64,000 bases of DNA from Eledone cirrhosa (taxonomy: Eukaryota): NCBI GenBank assembly GCA_964016885.1, contig OZ024740.1:387314001-387378000 (forward strand), read 5' to 3'. Shown one piece after another: positions 53,354 to 64,000 of this stretch. How positions within the stretch are numbered: the stretch's first letter is position 1; every line of letters starts with the position of its first letter. Position numbers and translations under genes: made by a program. The notes below the pieces were generated by a model. It did not search any database. It saw nothing but the letters and a program-made list of their open reading frames with translations, and had not been told where the DNA came from.

Positions 53354-53665
53354 CAGTGGAATCTCAATTCATGAACTTAATTCATTCCTGAAAGGATGTT
53401 CGTCACCCGAAATGTTTGTAACCTGAGAGAGAGAGACTGTGTGTGGAAGACAGATAGACATCACTGTAGTAACTAACTATACAGCAAGTGATGCTTTCCC
53501 ACCAGTGCTCCAAGCTTGTTGCCTGCCGGTTTGTGTGTTTGTTACTCAAGACACTGTTCATTGCTTGAGACACCATTCATGAACTGAGATGTTTTGTCTT
53601 CGGAGCAATTGTTTGTGAACTGATTTATTGATGAGGAGGGGCGTTCGTGAACCAAGGTTCCACTG
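53354..53665. mobile_element. Tigger/pogo-like (Tc1/mariner superfamily) MITE
   Basis: TA-CAGTGGAATCTCAATTCATGAAC ... GTTCGTGAACCAAGGTTCCACTG-TA. Confidence 0.8.
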
Positions 53666-53869
53666 TATGTATCTGTGAAATAGTCGACTGTTAAATATAC
53701 ATGTTTATCTTCAATATAGAAATAATAAAAAAGTATAGGGAAATATAGAGAAAAAAAGAGAAGGAGAGAAAGAAAGAAGAAAAAGATCAGGAAGGGGAGC
53801 AGATGGCAAGAGCTCTGGGGTTGCAGAAGAGAGGAGAGGGTGATTGGGCTTTGGGCCTAGGACAAGAGA

Positions 53870-54016
53870 GCAGAAGTGCTGCGCTCCACTGACGAGACGG
53901 CAAAAGCATTCCCCCGGACGATGGCCAGTGATACCCGATGCAACAGCTATCCACCCTCGCGGGGCTACCGACGCTCTGATTTTGCGGAGGAGCTCAGCAG
54001 TACGGGGTCCAAGTAC
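53870..54016 (-). mobile_element. CRE-clade 3' fragment (third copy)
   Basis: VLGPRTAELLRKI.. and LLHRVSLAIVRGNAFAV on the minus strand. Confidence 0.7.
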
Positions 54017-54173
54017 ACATTAATTTAACAAGCAGGATTTATGTACCCTTAATTGAATAACTGCAAGAATCATTATCGAAACTGACGGAGGTCCATTCAT
54101 CTATGTGGAGTTATGTGTAAGATAGGCAAAATAAAGAAGCTAAGTTTGGTTATCTTGCTAGTTGGAAATAAAT

Positions 54174-55496
54174 AAATGACAATAATAATTGTTTCTACTT
54201 TTGGCACAAGGCCAGCAAGTACCCAGTGCATTACTGGTACTTTATTTTATCGACCCCGTAAGGATGAAAGGCAAAGTTAACCTTGGCGGGATTTGAACTG
54301 TGTGTATATATATAAATGACAATAATAATTGTTTCTACTTTAGGCACAAGGCCAGCAAGTACCCAGTGCATTACTGGTACTTTATTTTATCGACCCCGTA
54401 AGGATGAAAGGCAAAGTTAACCTTGGCGGGATTTGAACTGTGTGTATATATATAAATGACAATAATAATTGTTTCTACTTTTGGCACAAGGCCAGCAAGT
54501 ACCCAGTGCATTACTGGTACTTTATTTTATCGACCCCGTAAGGATGAAAGGCAAAGTTAACCTTGGCAGGATTTGAACTGTGTGTATATATATAAATGAC
54601 AATAATAATTGTTTCTACTTTTGGCACAAGGCCAGCAAGTACCCAGTGCATTACTGGTACTTTATTTTATCGACCCCGTAAGGATGAAAGGCAAAGTTAA
54701 CCTTGGCAGGATTTGAACTGTGTGTATATATATAAATGACAATAATAATTGTTTCTACTTTTGGCACAAGGCCAGCAAGTACCCAGTGCATTACTGGTAC
54801 TTTATTTTATCGACCCCGTAAGGATGAAAGGCAAAGTTAACCTTGGCGGGATTTGAACTGTGTGTATATATATAAATGACAATAATAATTGTTTCTACTT
54901 TTGGCACAAGGCCAGCAAGTACCCAGTGCATTACTGGTACTTTATTTTATCGACCCCGTAAGGATGAAAGGCAAAGTTAACCTTGGCAGGATTTGAACTG
55001 TGTGTATATATATAAATGACAATAATAATTGTTTCTACTTTTGGCACAAGGCCAGCAAGTACCCAGTGCATTACTGGTACTTTATTTTATCGACCCCGTA
55101 AGGATGAAAGGCAAAGTTAACCTTGGCGGGATTTGAACTGTGTGTATATATATAAATGACAATAATAATTGTTTCTACTTTTGGCACAAGGCCAGCAAGT
55201 ACCCAGTGCATTACTGGTACTTTATTTTATCGACCCCGTAAGGATGAAAGGCAAAGTTAACCTTGGCGGGATTTGAACTGTGTGTATATATATAAATGAC
55301 AATAATAATTGTTTCTACTTTTGGCACAAGGCCAGCAAGTACCCAGTGCATTACTGGTACTTTATTTTATCGACCCCGTAAGGATGAAAGGCAAAGTTAA
55401 CCTCGGCGGGATTTGAACTCAGAATGGCAAGGGCCGTAACTCTATACATCAAAGCATGACATCCGACCCTCTACCGATACTGCCAATCCACCGCCC
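54174..55496 (-). repeat. Tandem array of nine 140-bp units derived from SINE S2; the last unit continues into a complete SINE head
   Basis: Units start at 54174, 54314, 54454, 54594, 54734, 54874, 55014, 55154 and 55294 and differ at 0-2 positions. Confidence 0.97.
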
Positions 55497-55921
55497 TATA
55501 TGACAATAATAATGAAGGAAGAAGGATGATGAAAGTGGTTTATTAAAACAAATTATGCTTTAATAATTTGGAATGACAAAACTGGTACACTTTGAAAAAG
55601 TATGTTTAACTTCCATTACCCCAACAAGAGTTCCCTATGAGACACCTATGGAACCTCTATCATGTAATTCGACCGGTTAGAAATAACAGCCGAATTTTCT
55701 TAAATTACATCTTTCTACTTTAAAAAAGAAGATATCTAAGATTACATTAGATAATATAATGTTAGAGACATAATGCCTAAAAAAAAAAGACTGGATGGTC
55801 ACGGGTGGAATGCTTTTGAACATATGACATCTCATTCAGAGCAGCCTCTGATTTAACATTAACAATAACAACCCAGTTACCTTCATACATATAACACTTC
55901 ACACACACACATGCGCGCATG

Positions 55922-55953
<32 letters not shown>

Positions 55954-56124
55954 TATATACATACACACATAGACACAATCATATGCATGTACATGTAGGC
56001 GAATCATATGCAAACATACACACACTCTGTCTTATGTGCTTGATGTACACATGCTTGTAAAACATATATATAAAGCATGTACGATATATTAACAAATGGA
56101 AACTATATTTATAAAACCATATTT

Positions 56125-56187
56125 ATTTCATTATACATATTTCAAGGACACCAAGTTAAATTATGGTGTGCTTTCATCAAATAAAAT
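56125..56187 (-). ncRNA. Hammerhead motif, family D copy 3 (C3 replaced by T)
   Basis: ATTTTAT TTGATGA AAGCACACCA..TGGTGTCCTT GAAA TATGTA T A ATGAAAT. Confidence 0.6.
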
Positions 56188-56314
56188 ATAATATAGATCA
56201 GTTTTATAAATAAATATTGACATACCCTTAAAGAATGCGACCATTTCTGTTGGAAGCTCCCATGTATGTATTTCCATAAATACAGGCATATATGTGTATA
56301 TATGTGTGTGTGTA

Positions 56315-56653
56315 TCATCATTTCATCATTTCATTTTACGTCCGCTTTTTTTCCCTGCTTGCAAGGGTGGGACGGGAACTGATGCTGGGTTGATTTCTAC
56401 AGCTGGATGCCCTTCCTAACACCAACCTCATTTACAGTGAGTGCTGGGTGCTTTTTTGCTGTGGCGCCTTCACAACCACTTTACAGTGGAATGATATGGA
56501 CCCCAGTCCCTATCATCTCATTTCTACAGCTGAGTAAACTGGAGCAATGTGAAATAAAGTGTCTTGCTCAAGGAAACAACACATCGCCCAGTCTGAGAAT
56601 TGAACTCACAACCTTTCGATTGCAAGGCCAATGCTCTAACCACTAAGCCATGT
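56315..56653 (-). mobile_element. SINE S1
   Basis: Matches 38364-38700; its 5' end overlaps the left edge of the palindrome. Confidence 0.85.
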
Positions 56654-56739
56654 GTGTCTTCATGTGTATGTGTATGTGTGACAATGTTGCTCAGGATGTA
56701 TGAGTGCTTATCTGTAACTGTGTGTGATTTTATGTATGA

Positions 56740-56829
<90 letters not shown>

Positions 56830-56920
56830 TCATACATAAAATCACACACAGTTACAGATAAGCACTCATACATCCTGAGCAACATTGTCACACATACACA
56901 TACACATGAAGACACACATG
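56649..56920. repeat. Perfect 272-bp palindrome centred on (TA)n
   Basis: Arms of about 95 bp (CATGTGTGTCTTCATG...GATATTT and AAATATC...CATGAAGACACACATG) with no mismatch seen. Confidence 0.95.
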
Positions 56921-56944
56921 TACACACAAAGTAGGAGAACTGGC

Positions 56945-56976
56945 TATAAAAGAAATCTATTAGAACTCTTGCAGTG
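56945..56976 (+). promoter_or_regulatory. TATA box and initiator-like site of the Ly6/three-finger gene
   Basis: TATAAAAG at 56945-56952 and GCAGT with A at 56973 (28 nt later), followed by a purine-rich leader to the first ATGs. Confidence 0.6.
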
Positions 56977-57172
56977 GATGTTAAAGGCTGAGGAGGAATG
57001 GACTGAAACAAATAAAGAAAAACAAACAAAAAAATTGATGAAAAGAAAAAATAAATGAATAAATATAGGAAGAAGGAAAGAAAGACAAAAAAGAAGAAAA
57101 AACGAATACTTTTGATATTAGAAAGTATGAATGAGATCAGTTAAACCAAAGTACTTATATCTTAAAGCAACT

Positions 57173-57218
57173 ATGACCAGTCACTACATGTGGATAATTT
57201 TCCTTGTTTCTATAAACA
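57173..57218 (+). CDS. Ly6/uPAR three-finger protein, signal-peptide exon (alternative in-frame ATGs at 57131 and 57188)
   Basis: MTSHYMWIIFLVSIN + A|GTAAGT, a consensus phase-1 donor. Splices to 62654 giving ..SINIVYPCNG-LRCWKC, a plausible C-x-G cleavage site. Confidence 0.72.
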
Positions 57219-57819
57219 GTAAGTACTTAATACTTCAACTAATTCTACTTGTCCTGTACTTCTCTATAAAAACTGAGTACTTCATACTTCATAGGTGACA
57301 AATTGGCAGTCGTCAGAATATCAGACAGAATGCTTTGTGATTTTTATTCCAGCTCTCTGCTCTCTGAGTTCAAATCCTACTGAGGTCAACTTTGCCTTTC
57401 GTCATTTTGAGGTTGATAAAAAAATACCAGTCCATTACTAGGGTCAATTCTTCCTCTGAATGTCTTTATTTCCCTTCTCTCTCTTCCCCTATCTTTCTCT
57501 TGAAAAAAATCAGCTATATCTGGCAGAATTTGGGTTCTGCCAATTTTAAAATGCTCCTATGATTCCATCAAAAGTCATGGGTTCATACATAATACTCTAT
57601 TTTACAATTTGTGTCCCTTACTGCTTTACGAAACTGTAAGTACTCTATACTTCATCTAAATCTACTTCTGTGTTTCTGGTTGCTCTATAAATAGTAATTA
57701 CTCTGCACTCATCTCAACCATTGATTCCCATCTATTCTATTACAAAACAGCAATTACTCTATACTCCACTTGCCTATTTATTCCTCCTATCTCTCTACAG
57801 ACATTATGTTCTAGTACAG

Positions 57820-57995
57820 CGGTGAATTGGCAGTATCGGTAGAGGGTTGGACGCCATGCTTTCCAGCATAGTTACGTCCCTTTACAGTCTGAGTTCAAAT
57901 CCCGTCGAGGTTAACTTTGCCTTTCATCCTTACGGGGTCGATAAAATAAAGTAATGAACTGGGTAATTGCTGCCCTTGTGCCAAAAGTAAAAATG
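57820..57995 (+). mobile_element. SINE S2 with a 17-bp TSD
   Basis: ATTATGTTCTAGTACAG at 57803-57819 and 57996-58012. Confidence 0.88.
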
Positions 57996-58009
57996 ATTAT
58001 GTTCTAGTA

Positions 58010-58183
58010 CAGTGGTCACCAACCAGTGATCTGCGGACCACTGGTTATCCATGTGAAAATTTTGGTGGTCAACAGAAAAATTTTAATATATTTATCTTTT
58101 TAAAGAAATTCCTATTAGTGGTCTGTGGTATCTAAAATTATGAATTTAGCGGTCTATGAGGTCCGACAGGTTGACAACCGCTG
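58010..58183. mobile_element. hAT (Charlie-like) MITE
   Basis: TIR CAGTGGTCACCAACC / GGTTGACAACCGCTG; 8-bp TSD TTCTAGTA at 58002-58009 and 58184-58191. Confidence 0.88.
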
Positions 58184-58901
58184 TTCTAGTATGAACTTAT
58201 AATTCATTTTACATGGCTCCAGTATAATCAACTGAAAATGAGCAGCAGCAGTAACTAGCCGATTAACTCTGTGATGGACTAGTGTCCTGCCCAGGGAGAA
58301 ACCTTGTACTTTCAGAAACCTGTCTGATGAGCTTTTGGGCTTGAGACAGACTTTAGACTTATAAACTTTAGGTCCTTTTTGAAGTATTGTTTTATGGCAG
58401 GATGCCCTCCCTGGTTGCAACTGCAAAATGCAGAGATGCAGTATAGCTAATCTAAACTAGATGAGGGGGGTGGGGGTGGGGGGGGGGTGCAGATTATTTG
58501 GGGGAAAATAAAGAATCTTGTCATGGAACCTGCAAGACTACCACATATTTTAACAGGGAAAATAGTCTTAAAATGTTTGTTGTATTCTCTAAATTCCCTA
58601 CTCCCTCTAATTATTTTCCTTCTTTCTTTGCTATAAGCTACATACTTTGTACTCCAGCCTCGCTAACCATTATTCATTGCTCAACAACAACAACAGTGAC
58701 ATTCAACATACATGGTTTGTTTATTTATGCAAATATTTGTACATATATTATTAACTGGAGCATCAACACAGCACATTTTAGATGGAATTTGTAAACAGAA
58801 TTAGAATCATCTGTTTAATAAACATATTTTAGCTTCACAAGGAAAACTAACACCAGGATTAGGGGAGAGAAAAAGTACTAAATACATAAGGTAGCGTATA
58901 T

Positions 58902-59090
58902 AATAATAATAATAATTGTTTCTACTTTTGGCACTAGGCCAGCAATCACCCCAGTGCATTACTGGTGCTTTATCCTATCGACCCCGTAAGGATCAAAGGC
59001 AAAGCTAACCTCAGCGGGATTTGAACCCAGAACGTAAAGGTCCATAACTCAATGCTGCAAAGCATGGTGTGCGACGCTCTACCGATCCCC
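58902..59090 (-). mobile_element. SINE S2
   Basis: Reverse complement of 10106-10300; AAT repeats on both sides. Confidence 0.8.
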
Positions 59091-59265
59091 CAATAATAAT
59101 AATAATTCATAAAACTAACAATTTTGTAATGGCAGGATTAATTGTTAGAGTAAAACATGTGCAATTCTAAGATAAAGCTAATTGTATAGTTAACTAATTT
59201 ATCTGAAAGCACTAGAAGGCTTTTTATTAATTTAAAATGATTAGGAAATACTTTTTCTAAATGTT

Positions 59266-59525
<260 letters not shown>

Positions 59526-59789
59526 CAAAAATTAAACAGCTATGTTTAACCCTTTCACAGGATGTTTGCTAACTGTTCATAATCTGGTTGCAACTAAACT
59601 CAATAAAATTGAAAATTTCTTATATTAAAGATGGTGTATATTTCGTCTGTTAATAAAAAGTCTGTCCTGCTAGAAAGGAGATGGTAAGAGTGTGTGAGAA
59701 AAAGAGCTAGAGAGAGAGAGCTGTAAAAAGTCTTTATGTGAAGGGTTGGTTTAGGGAGAGATAGTGGGTGCCTGTGTGATATATATATG

Positions 59790-59880
<91 letters not shown>

Positions 59881-60194
59881 TTAGAGAGAGAGAGAGAAAG
59901 AGAAAGAGAGAGAGAAAGCTGTAATGTATCTTTATGGAAAGGAGATTGTAAGAGTGTATACAATTTTTTTGTTTTAATTTTGGATGAATATATTATTTAT
60001 GTATATATAACTGATAAATAAATCATTTATAATGTCAGTAATCTTTAATACTTGGTGGTTGTTAGACCATGGAATTTCCATGTGGCCAGCTTGTAAGTGT
60101 ATAAAAAGACTAATGAATAGTTGATATTTATGGCCTTGTGTCTATCCTAGAGATTATTATAATGTGGAAACAAATTAAACAAAATAAATACAAC

Positions 60195-60555
60195 TGATTC
60201 AAAACACAGTAAAGGGTAAAGACCTCCTTCGGTCATGATGACCATAGGATTTGCACCTAGAAAGTTTCCCTCCGAGGCACAAGTCCAGGCAAGGTTTGTT
60301 TTGTGGAAAACCAGCAGTTGCCCATGCATACCAACCTCCCCTCTCCACACCTCCAATGATGTCCAAGAGAAAGGCTATGGCCGATACAGCTTGGTACCAG
60401 TGATATCGCAACTCATTTCTACAGCTTAGTAAACTGGAGCAATGTGAAATAAAGTGTCTTGCTCAAGGACACAATGCATCACTCGGTCCAAGAATCGAAC
60501 TCACACCCTTCCGATTGTAAGCCCAATGCTCTAACCACTAAGCCATGTGCCTTCA
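60195..60555 (-). mobile_element. tRNA-derived SINE related to S1 with a different 3' body
   Basis: Minus-strand head GGCACATGGCTTAGTGGTTAGAGC..GAGTTCGATTC..CCTTGAGCAAGACAC. Confidence 0.7.
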
Positions 60556-61119
60556 CACAGTAGAAACAAGTAAATTATACATAGAATACATTATTTTAAA
60601 AACAAATATTCATTAAACAGAATAAAACATACATTATGAGCCAATGAGGGCGACTTCATGTAGTTACTTGACCTGTTAGAATTAATAACCAAATCTACTT
60701 CAAATCATGTTGTCTTAGAAAAGGATGTGTTTGATTTTATATTAACAGTGCTGGTACCATGATTGTTGCACCAGCTGGTGCAACAACCAAAGCACCAACT
60801 TCATCCTATAAGGTGGTAATGCTGGTGCCATTGAAAATTATCCCAGTACATGCTGTAAAGTTTTGGACATTAGCTATTGAAACCAAGCCAAAAACGTAAT
60901 AAATGATCAAGACATTGTCACTTGACCTGTCTAACTTAAGCTTGGAAAATAGATATTAAACAGTGATGGTGATGATAGTGGTGGTGGTGGCGGTGGCGGC
61001 AGTGGTGGTGGCAGTAGCAGCGATGGTGATGATGATGTATCTGCATTGCTTCAGTGGAAAACAAGGAACTTATCACCCCTTCATCACGATCCCCACCATT
61101 TATTATCAGTATTATTTCC

Positions 61120-61288
61120 TGGTGGATTGGCAGTATCGGTAGAGAGTCGGACACCATGCTTTGAAGCATAGAGTTACGTCCCTTTATGATCTGAGTTCAA
61201 ATCCGCCGAGGTTAACTTTGCCTTTCATCCTTACGGGGTCGATAAAATAAAGTACCAGTAATGTACTGAGTAATTGCTGGCCTTGTGC
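61120..61288 (+). mobile_element. SINE S2
   Basis: Matches 10106-10300. Confidence 0.85.
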
Positions 61289-61711
61289 CTAAGATAGAAA
61301 CAATTATTTCCTATTATCTCTTCCCCCCAAACAGTATCTAGAAGTGTCAACTGAGAAGTTGTTAAAATTTCTTAACTTTCCACTTCAGCTAGCTTTAATG
61401 TTAATATGGATGTCCTGAAGCCATAGTTTTCCATAACAGTTATTTCTAATTCAAGTTTGCCTTTATCACCATCACTGCCACAACACTTGTTACTCTGGCT
61501 ATTAACGAAGGAAAGGAAAAGCTCTTTCGTCTACATCATCTTTAAAAGTGTATTCTATTTTAAACACTCTTGCGGCCCATATTTCTATTTATATATATAA
61601 AGATATTTGAAAAAATTCAATAATTTTAGGAATATAATATTCTACTTGACCTTTTTCTTTGATAAGGACAGCAAAATAAAGAAAAATACAATAATAAATA
61701 AAATATTAATG

Positions 61712-62345
61712 ATAATAATTATTTCTACATTTGGCACAAGGCCAGATGTTTAAAGGGAGGGAGAAAGTCAATTATATCAATCCCCAGTATATTACTGGTA
61801 CTTTATTTTATCAACCTCAGAAGGATGAAAGATAAAGTTAACCTTAGCAGGATTTGAACTTAGGACAGTGCTGTTACTAAATGCCACAATGCATTACTCA
61901 TATATCTGATGCTCCAATGATTCTGTCAATCTGGCACCTAATATAATACTACTACTAATAATTGTTTCTACTTTTGGCACAAGGCCAGTAATTACCCAGT
62001 ACATTACTGGTACTTTATTTTATCGACCCCGTAAGGATGAAAGGCAAAGTTAACCTTGGCGGGATTTGAACTCAAATCATAAAGGGACGTAACTCTATAC
62101 ATCAAAGCCTGGCGTCCAACCCTCTACTGATACTGCGAATCCACCGCCCCTACTAAAAATAATAATGATTTCTACTATAAGCACAAGGCTAGTTTTGGGG
62201 TGGAGGGGAAAGTCGATTAAATCGACCCAAGTTCATTACTGGTACTTTATTTTATCGATCCTGAAACGATGAAAGTCAAAGCTAACCTTGGCGAGATTTG
62301 AACTTAGAACGTAAAGGGCCATAACTCTATGCTGCAAAGCATGAC
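61712..62345 (-). mobile_element. Three tandem S2-type SINEs
   Basis: Units at about 61712-61940, 61955-62150 and 62160-62345, each with AGGATGAAAG.CAAAG.TAACC..GATTTGAACT. Confidence 0.85.
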
Positions 62346-62653
62346 CAGTATTCCAGTAGTTCGATCAATGGAATAGCCTACTAGTAAAATTTATGTATGA
62401 GTGGCTGAGCATTCCCCAGACATGTGTAGCCCTAACGTAATTCTCAGGAAGATTCAACAGGACTGTATTTACAGGTATAACTCATTGTTTCCAGCTGAGC
62501 AATGTGAAAAAAAGTGTCTTGCTCAAAGACACAACACATGGTTAGGAATCGAACTCACTACCTTACGATCATGATATGAATACTTTTAACCACTAAGCTA
62601 TGTACCTTCACCAACCAGTTAGCTAACTAACTAAACTTTCTTGGTTGTTGCAG

Positions 62654-62769
62654 TTGTCTACCCTTGCAATGGTCTTCGTTGTTGGAAATGTATTTCAGAG
62701 AATTGTCATCAACTTGACTCTAATGTTGAAGCTATGCCAGTGATTTGTAAAGAAGGACAGTCATGCTTA
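62654..62769 (+). CDS. Ly6/uPAR three-finger protein, exon 2
   Basis: Branch-like CTAAC repeats, acceptor ttgttgcag|, donor TTA|gtaaga, phase 1 to 0. Encodes (I)VYPCNGLRCWKCISENCHQLDSNVEAMPVICKEGQSCL. Confidence 0.88.
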
Positions 62770-63014
62770 GTAAGATGTTTACTGCATATCATTGTTCACT
62801 GCTTATCATTTTTATTTTTATTTTTTCTAGTTAAATTCATTAATACGGAGGTTCTGCATATACATACAACTATTAAGAATTCAGAAAGGAATAATAAGTT
62901 AGTTTCCTGTTAGAGAGAGCTGAGATCAGAGATTTGGGACAGGATACTTCATCTGATGAGAGATATGTCAAAAACTTTAGATCTCTTCTTTTCCTCATAG
63001 CAAACTAACTTTTA

Positions 63015-63268
63015 CTTTCGGCAACACTATACCTGATACCCCCCCATTCATGCATCTATTCACTTTCCTGACATTTATACATTACCCTATGTACTATGCA
63101 TGCACCTTCGATAAGTTGTAGTGCACCTGAGCACTGTACACAATAACTTTCATTATTATTATAACTTTGCCTTTCATCCTTACGGGGTCGATAAAATAAA
63201 GTACCAGTAATACACTGGGTAATTGCTGGCCTTGTGCCAAAAGTAGAAACAATTATTATTATTATTAC
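63015..63268 (+). mobile_element. CR1 3' end followed directly by the 3' half of a SINE S2
   Basis: ..CAACACTATACCTGA..GTGCACCTGAGCACTGTACACAATAA(ATT)n, then TAACTTTGCCTTTCATCC..(ATT)n. Confidence 0.8.
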
Positions 63269-63883
63269 TTAGTGAACATTTTGTATGGCTATTTGCTAAC
63301 ACAGATAATCACTTGTTTCTTTGGTTTTTATTAACCTTTTTTTAATGTTTAGTCAGGGAGAGAAGGGCAGTGCCATCATCTTGTTTCTGAGACGGTCCGG
63401 GGGGGGGGGGGGGGGGCTGCGGCCTAATGGGATGGTGTGGGGTGGTTGAGATGAAATAATAGTATATTAAATATGAAATCATACATATTATATATAAATA
63501 TAGTAAAATAAAAAATATATAATATTTATTTATACATAGTATATATTGTATTATTTATTATATATAAATTAACAATTTTATTTTTTATATATTATTTACA
63601 ATTTACGTGTAAGTAGGTATCTCTGGAAATAGGGGGGAGGGGGCACTGAGGGTATTATGTGGGTGTGAGGGGGGCGGTGGCCCCAAAAGTTTGAGAACCT
63701 CTGATCTAGATAGATTATCACATTCAGAGGCTAGACAGTTCAGATGACTACGTCTCACTCACACATTCCATTTTGGCATGGTTTCTCTGACTAGGTATCT
63801 TTTCTAACACCAACCATTTAACTAATTAGATGATAATGATGATGATGAAGATTTATCTCTCCTTTCTTTCTTTTTTTTTCCAG

Positions 63884-64000
63884 AAAGTTATATATCAACT
63901 TGGACGAATATTCCCTCGATACAAATCAATTGTTCGATCCTGCTCAGCTGGAATATGCACATCACACACCACAGAAGAATTCCATAACTGTTCATCTAAT
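63884..64000 (+). CDS. Ly6/uPAR three-finger protein, exon 3 (runs off the window)
   Basis: Strong polypyrimidine acceptor ctttctttctttttttttccag|, phase 0. Encodes KVIYQLGRIFPRYKSIVRSCSAGICTSHTTEEFHNCSSN, open to the window end. Confidence 0.88.

Noticed and set aside
53889-53910. CTGACGA..AAAA hammerhead-like string
   Set aside because: No convincing stems; it is the antisense of CRE coding sequence.
54113-54175. MCKIGKIKKLSLVILLVG as the Ly6 signal exon
   Set aside because: No phase-1 GT donor and it ends in a stop; the 57173-57218 exon fits far better.
54174-55496. CRISPR-like regular array
   Set aside because: Units are wholly identical with no unique spacers, derive from a SINE, and the context is eukaryotic with no cas genes.
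58320-58352. CTGATGA occurrences here and at 44574 and 62953
   Set aside because: No properly placed GAAA with supporting stems I and III.

Overview
AT-rich eukaryotic genomic DNA dominated by (TA)n, (CAT)n and (TACA)n microsatellites, RTE, CR1 and CRE LINE fragments, tRNA-derived SINEs and MITEs. The repeat landscape suggests an octopod cephalopod (inference). Most ORFs in the supplied track are spurious. Two spliced host genes can be assembled by eye. (1) A minus-strand ankyrin-repeat gene (coding exons 9476-9344 and 2792-2656) runs off the left edge. (2) A plus-strand secreted Ly6/uPAR (three-finger) gene has a TATA box at 56945 and exons ending 57218, 62654-62769 and 63884 onward, and runs off the right edge. 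The most striking unannotated signal is about a dozen minimal type-I hammerhead-ribozyme motifs plus several half-motifs. They belong to at least six unrelated short repeat families, often have palindromic stem III, sit beside (TA)n tracts and occur in inverted or tandem pairs. This is the signature of Penelope-like pseudo-LTRs or retrozyme-like elements, yet no Penelope ORF is recognisable in the window. Also notable: a perfect 272-bp palindrome ending 24 bp upstream of the Ly6 TATA box, a 9 x 140-bp SINE-derived tandem array, and RTE LINEs with a PHD finger inside the RT domain. All coordinates and alignments were read by eye; repeat boundaries are approximate.
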